The position numbers and the translations under genes were made by a program. Below, piece by piece: positions 16,121 through 24,581 of a DNA stretch of 36,179 nucleotides (the first letter of the stretch is position 1; the number at the start of each line of letters is the position of its first letter). The notes below the pieces were generated by a model that saw only the letters and a list, made by a program, of their open reading frames with translations, searched no databases and had not been told where the DNA came from. The DNA is from a virus (taxonomy: Duplodnaviria > Caudoviricetes): IMG/VR virus record IMGVR_UViG_3300014862_000004, positions 1 to 36,179 of that record. One strand, given 5' to 3'.

Positions 16121-16945
16121 ATGACCAGCCCCACGCCCACGCGCGGGCCCTGCGAGCCGTGGACTCCGACCTGGTGCTGCAATCTCACCGCCGCGTCCAT
16201 CCCGCTGACCGGGGCGGCCGTGCAGGCCGCGACCGAGATCCTGTACAACCGCAGCGGCCAGCAGTTCGGCGTCTGCACCTTTACCATCCGGCCCTGTCGC
16301 GAGAACTGCTACGACGACGTCTTCTGGGGCTCGTGGGGCGGCGGGGGCTGGGGCTCCGGCGGCTGGTTCGGCGGCGGGACGTGGCCGCAGCCGGCCCTGA
16401 TCGGCGGCTCCTGGTACAACCTCACATGCGGCGGGTGCGGGGGCTCCTGCTCATGCACGCCGCTGTCGGTGGCGCTCATGCCGTCCCCGGTCGCGTCCAT
16501 CGTCGAGGTCAAGCTCAACGGCGAGGTGCTGGCTGCATCGGGGTACCGGGTCGACAACTTCCGCGAGCTCGTGCGGCTCGGCGGCTTCACCTGGCCGGTC
16601 TGCCAGGACATGACCCTCGCGGACACCGAGGACAACACCTGGTCCGTCACGTTGCAGGTAGGCCAGGCGGTGCCGGCGATCGGCGCCCTCGCCGTCGGCG
16701 AGCTCGCCTGCGAGATCATGAAAGCCTGCCTCGGGGAGGCCTGCGCCATCCCGCGCAACGCGTCCACCGTGACCCGGCAGGGCATTACCATCGACTTCCC
16801 GTCGATCTACGAGCTGCTGGACCGCAAGCTGCTCGGACTCTACGCGGCCGACCTGTTCGTCTCGACGTACAACCCGCACGGGCTGACCGCGGCGCCCGCG
16901 GTCTACGACGTGGACGGCGAGTCCTGGCGTCGGGCTGGGACGTGA
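16121..16945 (+). CDS. head-to-tail adaptor (Cys-rich)
   Basis: ATEILY..SGQQFG.C..TIRPC, WPVCQDM, AVGELACE, VTRQGITI and NPHGL motifs; position in the neck module. Confidence 0.75.
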   Translation: MTSPTPTRGPCEPWTPTWCCNLTAASIPLTGAAVQAATEILYNRSGQQFGVCTFTIRPCRENCYDDVFWGSWGGGGWGSGGWFGGGTWPQPALIGGSWYNLTCGGCGGSCSCTPLSVALMPSPVASIVEVKLNGEVLAASGYRVDNFRELVRLGGFTWPVCQDMTLADTEDNTWSVTLQVGQAVPAIGALAVGELACEIMKACLGEACAIPRNASTVTRQGITIDFPSIYELLDRKLLGLYAADLFVSTYNPHGLTAAPAVYDVDGESWRRAGT

Positions 16946-16952
16946 GGCCGCG

Positions 16953-18035
16953 ATGAGCAGCATCTTCGCCGGGGTCGCGCCGACCGCCTCGGGCGGCAGT
17001 GGCGGGGCGGCCAACGAGGGCATCGACTTCGTGGCCGCACATACCGGCACGATCGACGCCGTGCGGTGGTGGATGGCTCCGGCCGGCGGCCCGGCCTCGG
17101 TGACCGCGGTCCTGTACGACACCCAGACGCAGCTGCCGCTGGACTCGGTGACGGTGGCCGGCGCGGGCCTGGTGGCCGGCGCCTGGAACGCCATCCCGCT
17201 GACCGCCCCCTACGCGATCACTCCGGGCAAGCTCTACACCGCCTCATGCTTCATCACCGCCGGCAACAACGGCTTCAGCGCCGGCCTGCTCGGCAACCAC
17301 GTCTTCAACGGGGCCGGCGACCTGACCGGCCTGTTCCGCACCGGTCGCTTCGACAACGGCGCCGTCGCGGCCTTCCCGGGCACGAAGCTGCCTGACGCGT
17401 TCGGCGTGGACGTCGAGTTCACCCAGACACCGACCTGCCCCGAGTGCCCGCCCTGCCCGCCGACCACCGGCTTCCTGATCAACCTCACGTCCCCCGGGTT
17501 CGTCAACGTGGTGACCGGGGTGGGCCAGTGCGTCGTCGAGGCGCTCGACCAGACACCAGCCGGCGCGCCCTGCCGGCAGTGCCTGCTCCTGCCGACTATG
17601 CAGATCCCGTGGGACAACTGCGGGCCCTGCGATGGGACGGAGTGCTCGGGTCAGGTGGCTGTGGCCATCCGCGAGGTGTACGGGTCCGGCCAGTTCCCGA
17701 CGCCACTCAACGGCGCCTCGTGGCGCAAGTGCAACCACCGCTATGAGGTGGTCCGGGCTGTGGTGTCGGTGACGCGCTGCGTGCCGGCCATGTCCGAGAC
17801 CGGCCAGCCACCCGACTGCTCGGCCGAGTTGGCCGCCGCGGTGACGCTGGAGAATGACCGGACCGCGGTGCGCCAGGCCATCGCCTGCTGCCTGTCCGCG
17901 GCCAACCTGGCCACCCCGTACTGGGTGTCGGAGTGGGTGATCGGCGGCAGCGTCACGGTCGGCGAGTTGGGCGGGTGCGCCGGGGTGGAGACGGAGTTCC
18001 TCGTCGGCGTGCAGTCCTGCCTCTGCCCGAACTGA
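16953..18035 (+). CDS. DUF4082-like domain fused to a Cys-rich tail terminator / neck protein
   Basis: N-half GIDF...GTIDAVRW...GAWN.IPLTAPYAITPG.LYTAS...AFP...FGVDVEFT (DUF4082-like); C-half PWDNC...CSGQ...TRCVP...AIACC...GGCAG. Confidence 0.6.
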   Translation: MSSIFAGVAPTASGGSGGAANEGIDFVAAHTGTIDAVRWWMAPAGGPASVTAVLYDTQTQLPLDSVTVAGAGLVAGAWNAIPLTAPYAITPGKLYTASCFITAGNNGFSAGLLGNHVFNGAGDLTGLFRTGRFDNGAVAAFPGTKLPDAFGVDVEFTQTPTCPECPPCPPTTGFLINLTSPGFVNVVTGVGQCVVEALDQTPAGAPCRQCLLLPTMQIPWDNCGPCDGTECSGQVAVAIREVYGSGQFPTPLNGASWRKCNHRYEVVRAVVSVTRCVPAMSETGQPPDCSAELAAAVTLENDRTAVRQAIACCLSAANLATPYWVSEWVIGGSVTVGELGGCAGVETEFLVGVQSCLCPN

Positions 18036-18059
18036 GGAGGTCACGATGGAGAGCGACTG

Positions 18060-18515
18060 ATGGTCCAGGTCCGTTTCACTCACCGGCTGAACATGACCGC
18101 CCTCAACCAGCTCCTGACCGGGCCACAGGGCGGGGTGGCCCAGGACATGCTGCGCCGCGGCCTGCTCGTCGAGACCCAGGCCAAGCGCAACATCTCCGGC
18201 GTCGGCGGCCCGAAGCGCGTGGACACCGGCCGCCTGCGCGCCTCGATCAACACCCAGCTCGTCGTGCGGCAGGGGCGGCCGATCGCGGTGGTCGGTACCA
18301 ACGTCTTCTACGCCCGGTGGGTCCACGACGGCACCGGGCTCTACGGGCCGCGCGGGTCCAGAATCAGACCACGCAGCGCCCGCGCGCTCGTCTTCCCGTC
18401 GAAGAAGTTCGGCAAGAAGAAGGGCAAGTTCAAGGGCAAGGTGGTCGTCGAGTCGACTCGCGGCATGCCCGGCAACCCGTTCCTGCGCAACGCGCTCAGT
18501 GCCGCGCGGGGATGA
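18060..18515 (+). CDS. HK97 gp10-like tail completion protein
   Basis: VDTGRLRASI, VGTNVFYARWVHDGT and GMPGNPFLRNAL motifs. Confidence 0.8.
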   Translation: MVQVRFTHRLNMTALNQLLTGPQGGVAQDMLRRGLLVETQAKRNISGVGGPKRVDTGRLRASINTQLVVRQGRPIAVVGTNVFYARWVHDGTGLYGPRGSRIRPRSARALVFPSKKFGKKKGKFKGKVVVESTRGMPGNPFLRNALSAARG

Positions 18516-18843
18516 CAACCAGCCGACCGCCTCGGCGTTCGATCTTCTCGGCAAGCTTCGCCTTGCGTCGCTTCCAGCGGTCGTCGTCATCGACATCTTT
18601 GAAGAAGAACCAGTTTGCGATCTGGCAGGTGTGAGCGAACGTGTTCCAGCCGATCATCTCGCCGGCCATGACGTGGTTGGTGATGAGCACGGCGACCGCC
18701 GGCAGGTAGAACGGGCGCAACTCGGCCCAGAGACCGCGGATCAGCCGGCTGTGGTAGCCGGCACCTTTCAGGGTCGACAGAGCCATTCCGCTCAGGGTCC
18801 AGGTTGTCGTAACGGCTGCGGCGAAGGCGATGAGGATGCGCAT
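18496..18843 (-). CDS. small membrane protein (inverted cassette gene 2)
   Basis: MRILIAFAAAVTTTW...; two or three hydrophobic segments, then DDDDRWKRRK; 3' part of ORF 18496..18999. Confidence 0.65.
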   Translation of the reverse strand: MRILIAFAAAVTTTWTLSGMALSTLKGAGYHSRLIRGLWAELRPFYLPAVAVLITNHVMAGEMIGWNTFAHTCQIANWFFFKDVDDDDRWKRRKAKLAEKIERRGGRLVVIPARH

Positions 18844-18845
18844 CG

Positions 18846-19043
18846 TCACGCCACCGCCCTCAGCTTCGGCCGGCCGAAGCGACGCGGCAGGCTGGCGCGG
18901 TACGGCAGGCGTATGACGTTGTCCGGCGTCGTCCACATCGCCCCGCAGCCCGGGACGCTGCAGGCGTGGGTCTTGCCGGGCATGGCGTGGCCTCCACAAC
19001 GGCAGTCGTGGAGGCGTGAGGCGCAGGGACTTGGGGCGGTCAT
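18846..19043 (-). CDS. 65-aa Cys/His-rich protein (inverted cassette gene 1)
   Basis: MTAPSPC...HDCRC..H...HAC...C..MW; ATG 7 nt downstream of TACCAT, consistent with a leaderless mRNA. Confidence 0.55.
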   Translation of the reverse strand: MTAPSPCASRLHDCRCGGHAMPGKTHACSVPGCGAMWTTPDNVIRLPYRASLPRRFGRPKLRAVA

Positions 19044-19123
19044 GTCCCTCATGGTAGACGCCAGACCTAGTGACGTGTCAAGTGGACATACCACGGCAGC
19101 CGTTCACGATCTAGACTCCTCGC
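19044..19123. promoter_or_regulatory. divergent promoter region with palindrome TGACGTGTCA
   Basis: Minus strand TTGACA(19081-19076)-N19-TACCAT(19056-19051); plus strand TAGACT (19112-19117) 6 nt before ATG 19124. Confidence 0.55.
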
Positions 19124-19651
19124 ATGACCACACCCGATGCAGCGGCGTCCGGCACGCCGGACTTCACGATCAAGCGCGAGCCCATCACCTTCACCATCGA
19201 CGACGACACGTTCAGCGCGCCCGCCCTCACCTCCCCGATCACGCTCAAGAAGCTGGCCGGGGTGGCCGGAAAACTCGGGGACCTCGGGGCGCTGAGCGAC
19301 CTGGACAGCGTCGCGGCCGCGATCGACGCGCTCGGCGGCATCATGGCCGCGCTCATGCCGGGCGCGTCCGGCGAGCTGTTCAAGGCGCGGCTGGCCTCGG
19401 AGGGCGGGGACGGCCAGCCTCCCCCGATCGACCTGTTGCTGCAGGGCCTGCCCGCGTTCTACTACCTGATGGAGCGCAAGGGCCTGCGCCCTACGACGCC
19501 GTCCTCGGACTCTTCAGGTGGGCCGACGGACGGGCAGACGAACACCCCGAGCGATGGCACCTCTTCAACGGCTGGTGCATCGCCAACGGACTCGGGCCAG
19601 CCTTCGGCCCTGGCCACGGTGGACTTGATCTCCCCGACTGGCTTGATCTGA
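19124..19651 (+). CDS. tail assembly chaperone (G)
   Basis: ITFTIDDDTFSA motif; upstream of the tape measure gene; GLRPT followed by an S/T-rich tail typical of the unshifted product. Confidence 0.75.
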   Translation: MTTPDAAASGTPDFTIKREPITFTIDDDTFSAPALTSPITLKKLAGVAGKLGDLGALSDLDSVAAAIDALGGIMAALMPGASGELFKARLASEGGDGQPPPIDLLLQGLPAFYYLMERKGLRPTTPSSDSSGGPTDGQTNTPSDGTSSTAGASPTDSGQPSALATVDLISPTGLI

Positions 19652-19866
19652 TCCACCACTACCTGCTCCTGCACGCGGAACCGGAGAAGCATGTCGCGAT
19701 CACCCGAGCCCTGACCGGCGAACTGGGCACCTGGCGCAGGCTCATGCCCCAGGCCGTCCAGGCGCCGCCGTCGAGCCTGCCCCGACTGCCGCCCTGGTCC
19801 CGCCTACGCTCCGCCGACATCGAACGCATGAACCGGGCCCGCGCCGCGGCCGCCGCAACGAAGTAA
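19489..19866 (+). CDS. tail assembly chaperone extension (GT), reached by a -1 frameshift
   Basis: The -1 frame reads PYDAVLGLFRW...WHLFNGWCIANG...LDLPDWLDLIHHYL with no suitable start codon; candidate shift site CGC CCT ACG at 19487-19495. Confidence 0.65.
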   Translation, partial: PYDAVLGLFRWADGRADEHPERWHLFNGWCIANGLGPAFGPGHGGLDLPDWLDLIHHYLLLHAEPEKHVAITRALTGELGTWRRLMPQAVQAPPSSLPRLPPWSRLRSADIERMNRARAAAAATK

Positions 19867-19893
19867 GGCCAGCAAACCGCCACGGGGGTGGCC

Positions 19894-21924
19894 ATGGGTC
19901 AGCCGATCGATACCGCTGAAGTCGAGATCGTTCCCGACTTCAGCGACTTCGCGCGCCAGCTCAAGGCCGGCATCGACCGCGCCATGCGCGACGTGCAGAC
20001 CTCCATCACCCAGGCGTTCGCGCGGGTCGAGGACGCGGCGGGCCGGGCCGGCGCCGACGTGGGCCGCGAGTTCCAGTCCGGCGGCGAGCGCGCCGAGATG
20101 GCCTTCCGTGAAATGTCCACTGTGGCCAAGCGCGAGTTCGCCGAGGTGGACGTCGCGGCCGGGGTTTCGGCCGGCGGCCTGTCCAGCAAGTTCGCCGGGG
20201 CGCTGGGGCTGGTCAAGGCCGGGCTGATCGGGGTGGGCCTGGCGGCTGGCGCCGGCCTGGCCGCGATGACGGCGTTCGGGCTCAAGTCGGCGGCCAGCCT
20301 AGAGCAGAGCACGGTGGCGTTCACGTCACTGCTGCACTCTGCCGAGGAGGCCAAAAGCTTCCTGACCCAGCTGCAGGACTTCAGCGCGGCCACGCCGTTC
20401 GAGTTCCAGCAGGTCGTCGGCGCCTCGCAGCGCCTGCTCGTCCTGACCCAGAGCCTCGGCCAGACCAAAGACGCCGTCATCCCGCTGCTGACCACGATCG
20501 GCGACCTGGTCAGCGTCACCGGCGGCAGCGCCGAGTCCATCGACAGCGTGGTCCGCGCGCTGTCCCAGATGGCCAGCAAGGGCAAGGTCTCCCAAGAGGA
20601 GATCATGCAGTTGGCCGAAGCCCTGCCGGGCTTCAACGCCAACGCGGCCATCGCCGGCCAGCTCGGCCTGTCCGTCTCGGACACCCTGGCCCTGATCACC
20701 GCCGGTGGCGTTGATGCCACGACGGGCATCAACGCCCTGGTCGCCGGCATGTCGGCCTTCCCCGGGGCGGCCGGGGCGATGGCGGCCCAGGCCGGGACCC
20801 TGACCGGCGTGTTCTCGACCTTCAAGGACACCATCGGCATCGCCCTGACCGGGGCGTTCCAGCCGGTCATTCCGGAGATCAAGTCCGCCCTGTCGGAGTT
20901 GACCCCGGTGATCGGGGCGGCCGTCGGGCAGCTGGCACCGAGCCTTGGCGGCGCGCTGTCGGCGATCCTGCCGCTGGTCGGCAAGCTGATCCAGGGCATC
21001 GTGCCGATCCTGACCCCGATCCTTGACGCGCTCGGGCCGGTTCTTGACGCGATCGGGCCCGCCCTGGTGCCGCTCGGGGAGGCCATCGGCGAGCTTGTCG
21101 TCGCCCTCGCCCCCGTGCTCCCCGTGCTGGCCGAGTTCATCGGGGTGCTGGCGCTGCTGGCCATCCCGGTCATCAAGCAACTGGCCAACGTCCTGGCCCC
21201 GCTGACGCCGGTCCTGAACTACATGGCCAAGGCCATCGGCGAGGTCGGCAAGGCCCTCGCCATGATCAACTGGCACGAGGTGGGCCAGGCCATCGTCGGC
21301 TGGACCGTCGACGCCTGGAACGCCGTGGTCAAGTTCTTCCACGGCATCGGCGACTTTTTCGACAAGCTGCCGACCTGGGCCACCATGGCCGGGACCGATC
21401 TGCGGAACAAACTCCTGTCGTTCCTGGGCGAGGTCGTTGCCTACGTCCAGAGCCTCCCAGGGCGGTTCTTCGACGCCCTGGGCAACGCGATCGGTGGCAT
21501 GATCCAGGCCGGCAAAGATCTCGTCGGCGGCATCTGGTCCGGCATCCAGAGCATGGGGTCCTGGCTCTGGAACAAGGTCTCCGGCTTCGTCTACGACAAC
21601 ACCATCGGGGCAGCCAAGCGGGTACTGGGCATCCACTCGCCGTCGTCCGTCTTCGCCGACCAGGTGGGCACGCAGATCCCGGCCGGCATCGCCGAGGGCG
21701 TCAACGCCGGGATGGCCGACCTGCAGTCTCTGATCAGCCCCATCGTGCCCAGCGGGAGCGGGGCCGCCGCGGCGGGCGGCGGCATCGGGGGCATTACGAT
21801 CAACGTGAACGTCAATGGGTCGGCCACCGCCGACGACGCCCGGCGCATCGGCGCGGCGGCCGGCGAAGGCGTGCTCGCCGCCCTGCGCCGCCGCAACATC
21901 GGACTCGCCGTGAGGACTGCCTGA
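19894..21924 (+). CDS. tape measure protein
   Basis: LEQSTVAFTSLL.SAEEAK.FL..LQDFSAATPFEF N-terminal domain, amphipathic Ala/Gly/Pro repeats, C-terminal LGIHSPSSVF; start at 19894 (or GTG 19888). Confidence 0.9.
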   Translation: MGQPIDTAEVEIVPDFSDFARQLKAGIDRAMRDVQTSITQAFARVEDAAGRAGADVGREFQSGGERAEMAFREMSTVAKREFAEVDVAAGVSAGGLSSKFAGALGLVKAGLIGVGLAAGAGLAAMTAFGLKSAASLEQSTVAFTSLLHSAEEAKSFLTQLQDFSAATPFEFQQVVGASQRLLVLTQSLGQTKDAVIPLLTTIGDLVSVTGGSAESIDSVVRALSQMASKGKVSQEEIMQLAEALPGFNANAAIAGQLGLSVSDTLALITAGGVDATTGINALVAGMSAFPGAAGAMAAQAGTLTGVFSTFKDTIGIALTGAFQPVIPEIKSALSELTPVIGAAVGQLAPSLGGALSAILPLVGKLIQGIVPILTPILDALGPVLDAIGPALVPLGEAIGELVVALAPVLPVLAEFIGVLALLAIPVIKQLANVLAPLTPVLNYMAKAIGEVGKALAMINWHEVGQAIVGWTVDAWNAVVKFFHGIGDFFDKLPTWATMAGTDLRNKLLSFLGEVVAYVQSLPGRFFDALGNAIGGMIQAGKDLVGGIWSGIQSMGSWLWNKVSGFVYDNTIGAAKRVLGIHSPSSVFADQVGTQIPAGIAEGVNAGMADLQSLISPIVPSGSGAAAAGGGIGGITINVNVNGSATADDARRIGAAAGEGVLAALRRRNIGLAVRTA

Positions 21925-24581
21925 TGGGGAACTACAACCCGCGCCAGCCCTACATCCTCGGCGAGGAGTGGGTCCCGATCCGCGATGAGCGGCTGGTCTA
22001 CTCACCCAACGTCAACTCCGTCGAGCTCGGCACCGCATTCACCCTGGCCACCGCCCGGCAGGTCCGCACCGCCCGGTTCTACGTCAATACGCTGCAGCCC
22101 ACCACGCAGGCGTTCCAGACGGCACTGGTCAACATCTACCCCTACGGCCTCGAAGACCAGACTGGCCCGATCCGCGAGGTCATCATCCCGGTGACCTCGG
22201 CGCAGACGACCGGCTCGAACATCTCCTTCGCGGGCGGGGCGGCCAGCGGCGAGGCCGCGCTGGCCATCTCCGGCGACGGCACGGCGATCGAGTTCGACTA
22301 CAACGCCACGGTCGCTCAGGACGCCGCGTTCTGGTTCGGGGTCAGCGCTTACCCCGAACTGGCCAACAAGCGCATTCTCAACGTCTCGCTGGTCTATACC
22401 GGTCATATCAACGACCTGGACGCCGCACAACTCGCCACCGCGTTCGTGGATCCCGATCCTGCCACCCTGCTGACCAACCTCAGCCAGCGCAACGACCTCG
22501 GCAACGCCCAACAGTTCACCCCGCCCACGTTCTACGCCAATACCGGCGTGCTCACGCTGGCGACCTCGGTAGACAACTCCACCTTGTCGAGCAGCTCGGC
22601 CCAGACCATCGAGGCGTTGAGCCTCGGGGACATCAACAGCTACTACGAGACCGCCCCGAGCTCAGGGTCCAGTGGACGCCTGCGCCGGCCGTGGCGTTAC
22701 GCCGACCTGCTCAAGTTCGAGCAGACCTACGGGTCCGGGCGCCAGCACATCTGGCTGCGCGTCCAGTTGCCGACCACCGCGGTCAGCGTCATCAACCCGG
22801 CCTACCCGCAGCTGTGGCTGGACTACCTGGCCATGCGGGTCATCTACTGCGAAGAGAAGCGCGTCGCCTATGGCGCCCAGCGCTTCAGCTACGCCTACGG
22901 CGTCAACCAGGTCTCCATGTACGACCTGAACTTCAACGCCGACCCGGTGTTGCCGGCCGGGCAGTACCTGCCCACCCTGTCCTGGGTCAACCCCGGACAG
23001 GTCGACTACGGGCAGGCCGCCAACGGCGACTTCCCAGACCTCAACGCCCTGCGCGAGCTGTACCAGATCCCCAGCCACCCCGGCGTGCAGGTCAACGTGC
23101 CGTTCCCGCTCGCCGAGCGCCTCGGCGACACGTTCGTGTCCGAGGTCACGCACATCCTGCCGCAGCTCTCTCTGCACGCCAGCGGCGGAACGCTGACCGA
23201 GCCGCACGTCTACGGCCGCCAGGTCGCCGCCCAGGTGTACGGCGTCAACGCGGCCACCCAGGAGATCTACGACGACATCTCCGGCGTGGCCGCGTCCTAC
23301 CCGCAGGTGCGCTACTACGCGCGCCGCTTCGGCGACACGACCATCCCGCTGACGCTGACCGGGGTCGGCGTGCTGGCCGGCTCGACCGCCGCTATCACCG
23401 TGGCCGACTTTGACGCCCTCACCGAGATCCTGGACGGCTGGAAAGAGGTCACCCTCCGCTTCGCCACGCCGCCGAGCATGGGCACCGTCGCCGGCAATCC
23501 CGGCTGGACCTGGTCGGCCGTAAGCGAGACGTCGGGAAACCGGTGGGAGATCCTCGGCGCCAGCGCGCCCGCGGTGTCCGGCACCCCCGGCAACCGCTAC
23601 AACCTCGCGCCGCTGGCCGACCGCCTCGGGACGGCCACATACCAGCCGCCGGCCGGCGACACCGTGGAGCTCACCTGGATGCCGCAGGGCATCTCCACCC
23701 CCTGGGTCACCGGGGCGGCCGTGGACGCCGGCAGCGATGCCGTGCTCATCTTCAGCCAGGACCCGCCCACGGTCACCGGCCTGGCGCTCTCCCAGCTCAC
23801 CCAGGCCGTCTCCGGCATCGGCGCGCTGTGCGGCTCCACGCCCTGCTGCATCCCCACCGGCATCGGCTACCACCAGGTGTCCTGGTCGGCCCAGACCGCC
23901 CTGCCCGTGTCCGGGTTCGGCGCCTACGAGTTGCAGCGCTGGGACTCCGTCACCGGCGGGGACTTCGCCACGATCATGTTGTCGACCACGGCGTCCGGCA
24001 CCAGCTTCCGCGACTACGAGGCCCGCGTCGGCGTCACCGCGGTGTACCGGATACGCACGCTCAACGTGCTCAATTTCGCTGGGCTCTGGTCGACCTATGT
24101 CTCCGGCGCGCCGCCGGCTCCCGGCGTGACCGGCGGCTGCGGCAGCCAGGACGGCGTGCTGATCTTCACGTCGAACTCGTCGCAGGCCGGCGCCGACAAC
24201 GCCGCCTACGTCATGCAGTGGGACAACACGCCCAACGAGTCCTTCGACCTGCCCGAGTCCGACATGGTCACCTTCCAGCCCATGTACGGCCGGGACGGCT
24301 CGATCGCCTTCCATGGCACCGAGCGCGGCCTCGAAGAGTTCAGCCGCCAGGTTCTGCTGGCGGCCGGCGCGATCGCCCTGCCCAGCCTCGCCGACGCGTC
24401 CGACATCCGCGACCTGGCCTGGGCGCAGCTGCCCTACGTCTGCGTGCGCGACGACCGCGGCAACCGCTGGTTCTCCAACGTGCGCGTGAACGGTGTCAAC
24501 GCGCGCAACAACGCCCAGAACTACACGGCCAGCCTGGCCGTCACCGAGACGACCCGCACCCCGTACCCGGTGCAGCCGTGA
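21924..24581 (+). CDS. minor tail / baseplate protein (885 aa)
   Basis: Coupled to the tape measure stop codon; beta-rich, with an FnIII-like stretch (YELQR...FRDYEARVG...YRIR) and a distal-tail-like C-terminus (YVCVRDDRGNRW). Confidence 0.7.
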   Translation: MGNYNPRQPYILGEEWVPIRDERLVYSPNVNSVELGTAFTLATARQVRTARFYVNTLQPTTQAFQTALVNIYPYGLEDQTGPIREVIIPVTSAQTTGSNISFAGGAASGEAALAISGDGTAIEFDYNATVAQDAAFWFGVSAYPELANKRILNVSLVYTGHINDLDAAQLATAFVDPDPATLLTNLSQRNDLGNAQQFTPPTFYANTGVLTLATSVDNSTLSSSSAQTIEALSLGDINSYYETAPSSGSSGRLRRPWRYADLLKFEQTYGSGRQHIWLRVQLPTTAVSVINPAYPQLWLDYLAMRVIYCEEKRVAYGAQRFSYAYGVNQVSMYDLNFNADPVLPAGQYLPTLSWVNPGQVDYGQAANGDFPDLNALRELYQIPSHPGVQVNVPFPLAERLGDTFVSEVTHILPQLSLHASGGTLTEPHVYGRQVAAQVYGVNAATQEIYDDISGVAASYPQVRYYARRFGDTTIPLTLTGVGVLAGSTAAITVADFDALTEILDGWKEVTLRFATPPSMGTVAGNPGWTWSAVSETSGNRWEILGASAPAVSGTPGNRYNLAPLADRLGTATYQPPAGDTVELTWMPQGISTPWVTGAAVDAGSDAVLIFSQDPPTVTGLALSQLTQAVSGIGALCGSTPCCIPTGIGYHQVSWSAQTALPVSGFGAYELQRWDSVTGGDFATIMLSTTASGTSFRDYEARVGVTAVYRIRTLNVLNFAGLWSTYVSGAPPAPGVTGGCGSQDGVLIFTSNSSQAGADNAAYVMQWDNTPNESFDLPESDMVTFQPMYGRDGSIAFHGTERGLEEFSRQVLLAAGAIALPSLADASDIRDLAWAQLPYVCVRDDRGNRWFSNVRVNGVNARNNAQNYTASLAVTETTRTPYPVQP

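Noticed and set aside
18499-19488. 455-aa plus-strand ORF 18499..19866 as a single gene
   Set aside because: Its 5' part is antisense to the inverted cassette and out of frame with the chaperone; only the part after ~19489 looks coding.
23543-24577. 5' extensions of ORFs 23543..25714, 27522..28874, 28250..29596, 29311..30231 and 32950..33459
   Set aside because: Arg-rich alternate-frame read-through over upstream genes; the real starts are the stop/start overlaps at 24578, 27996, 28871, 29593 and 33265.
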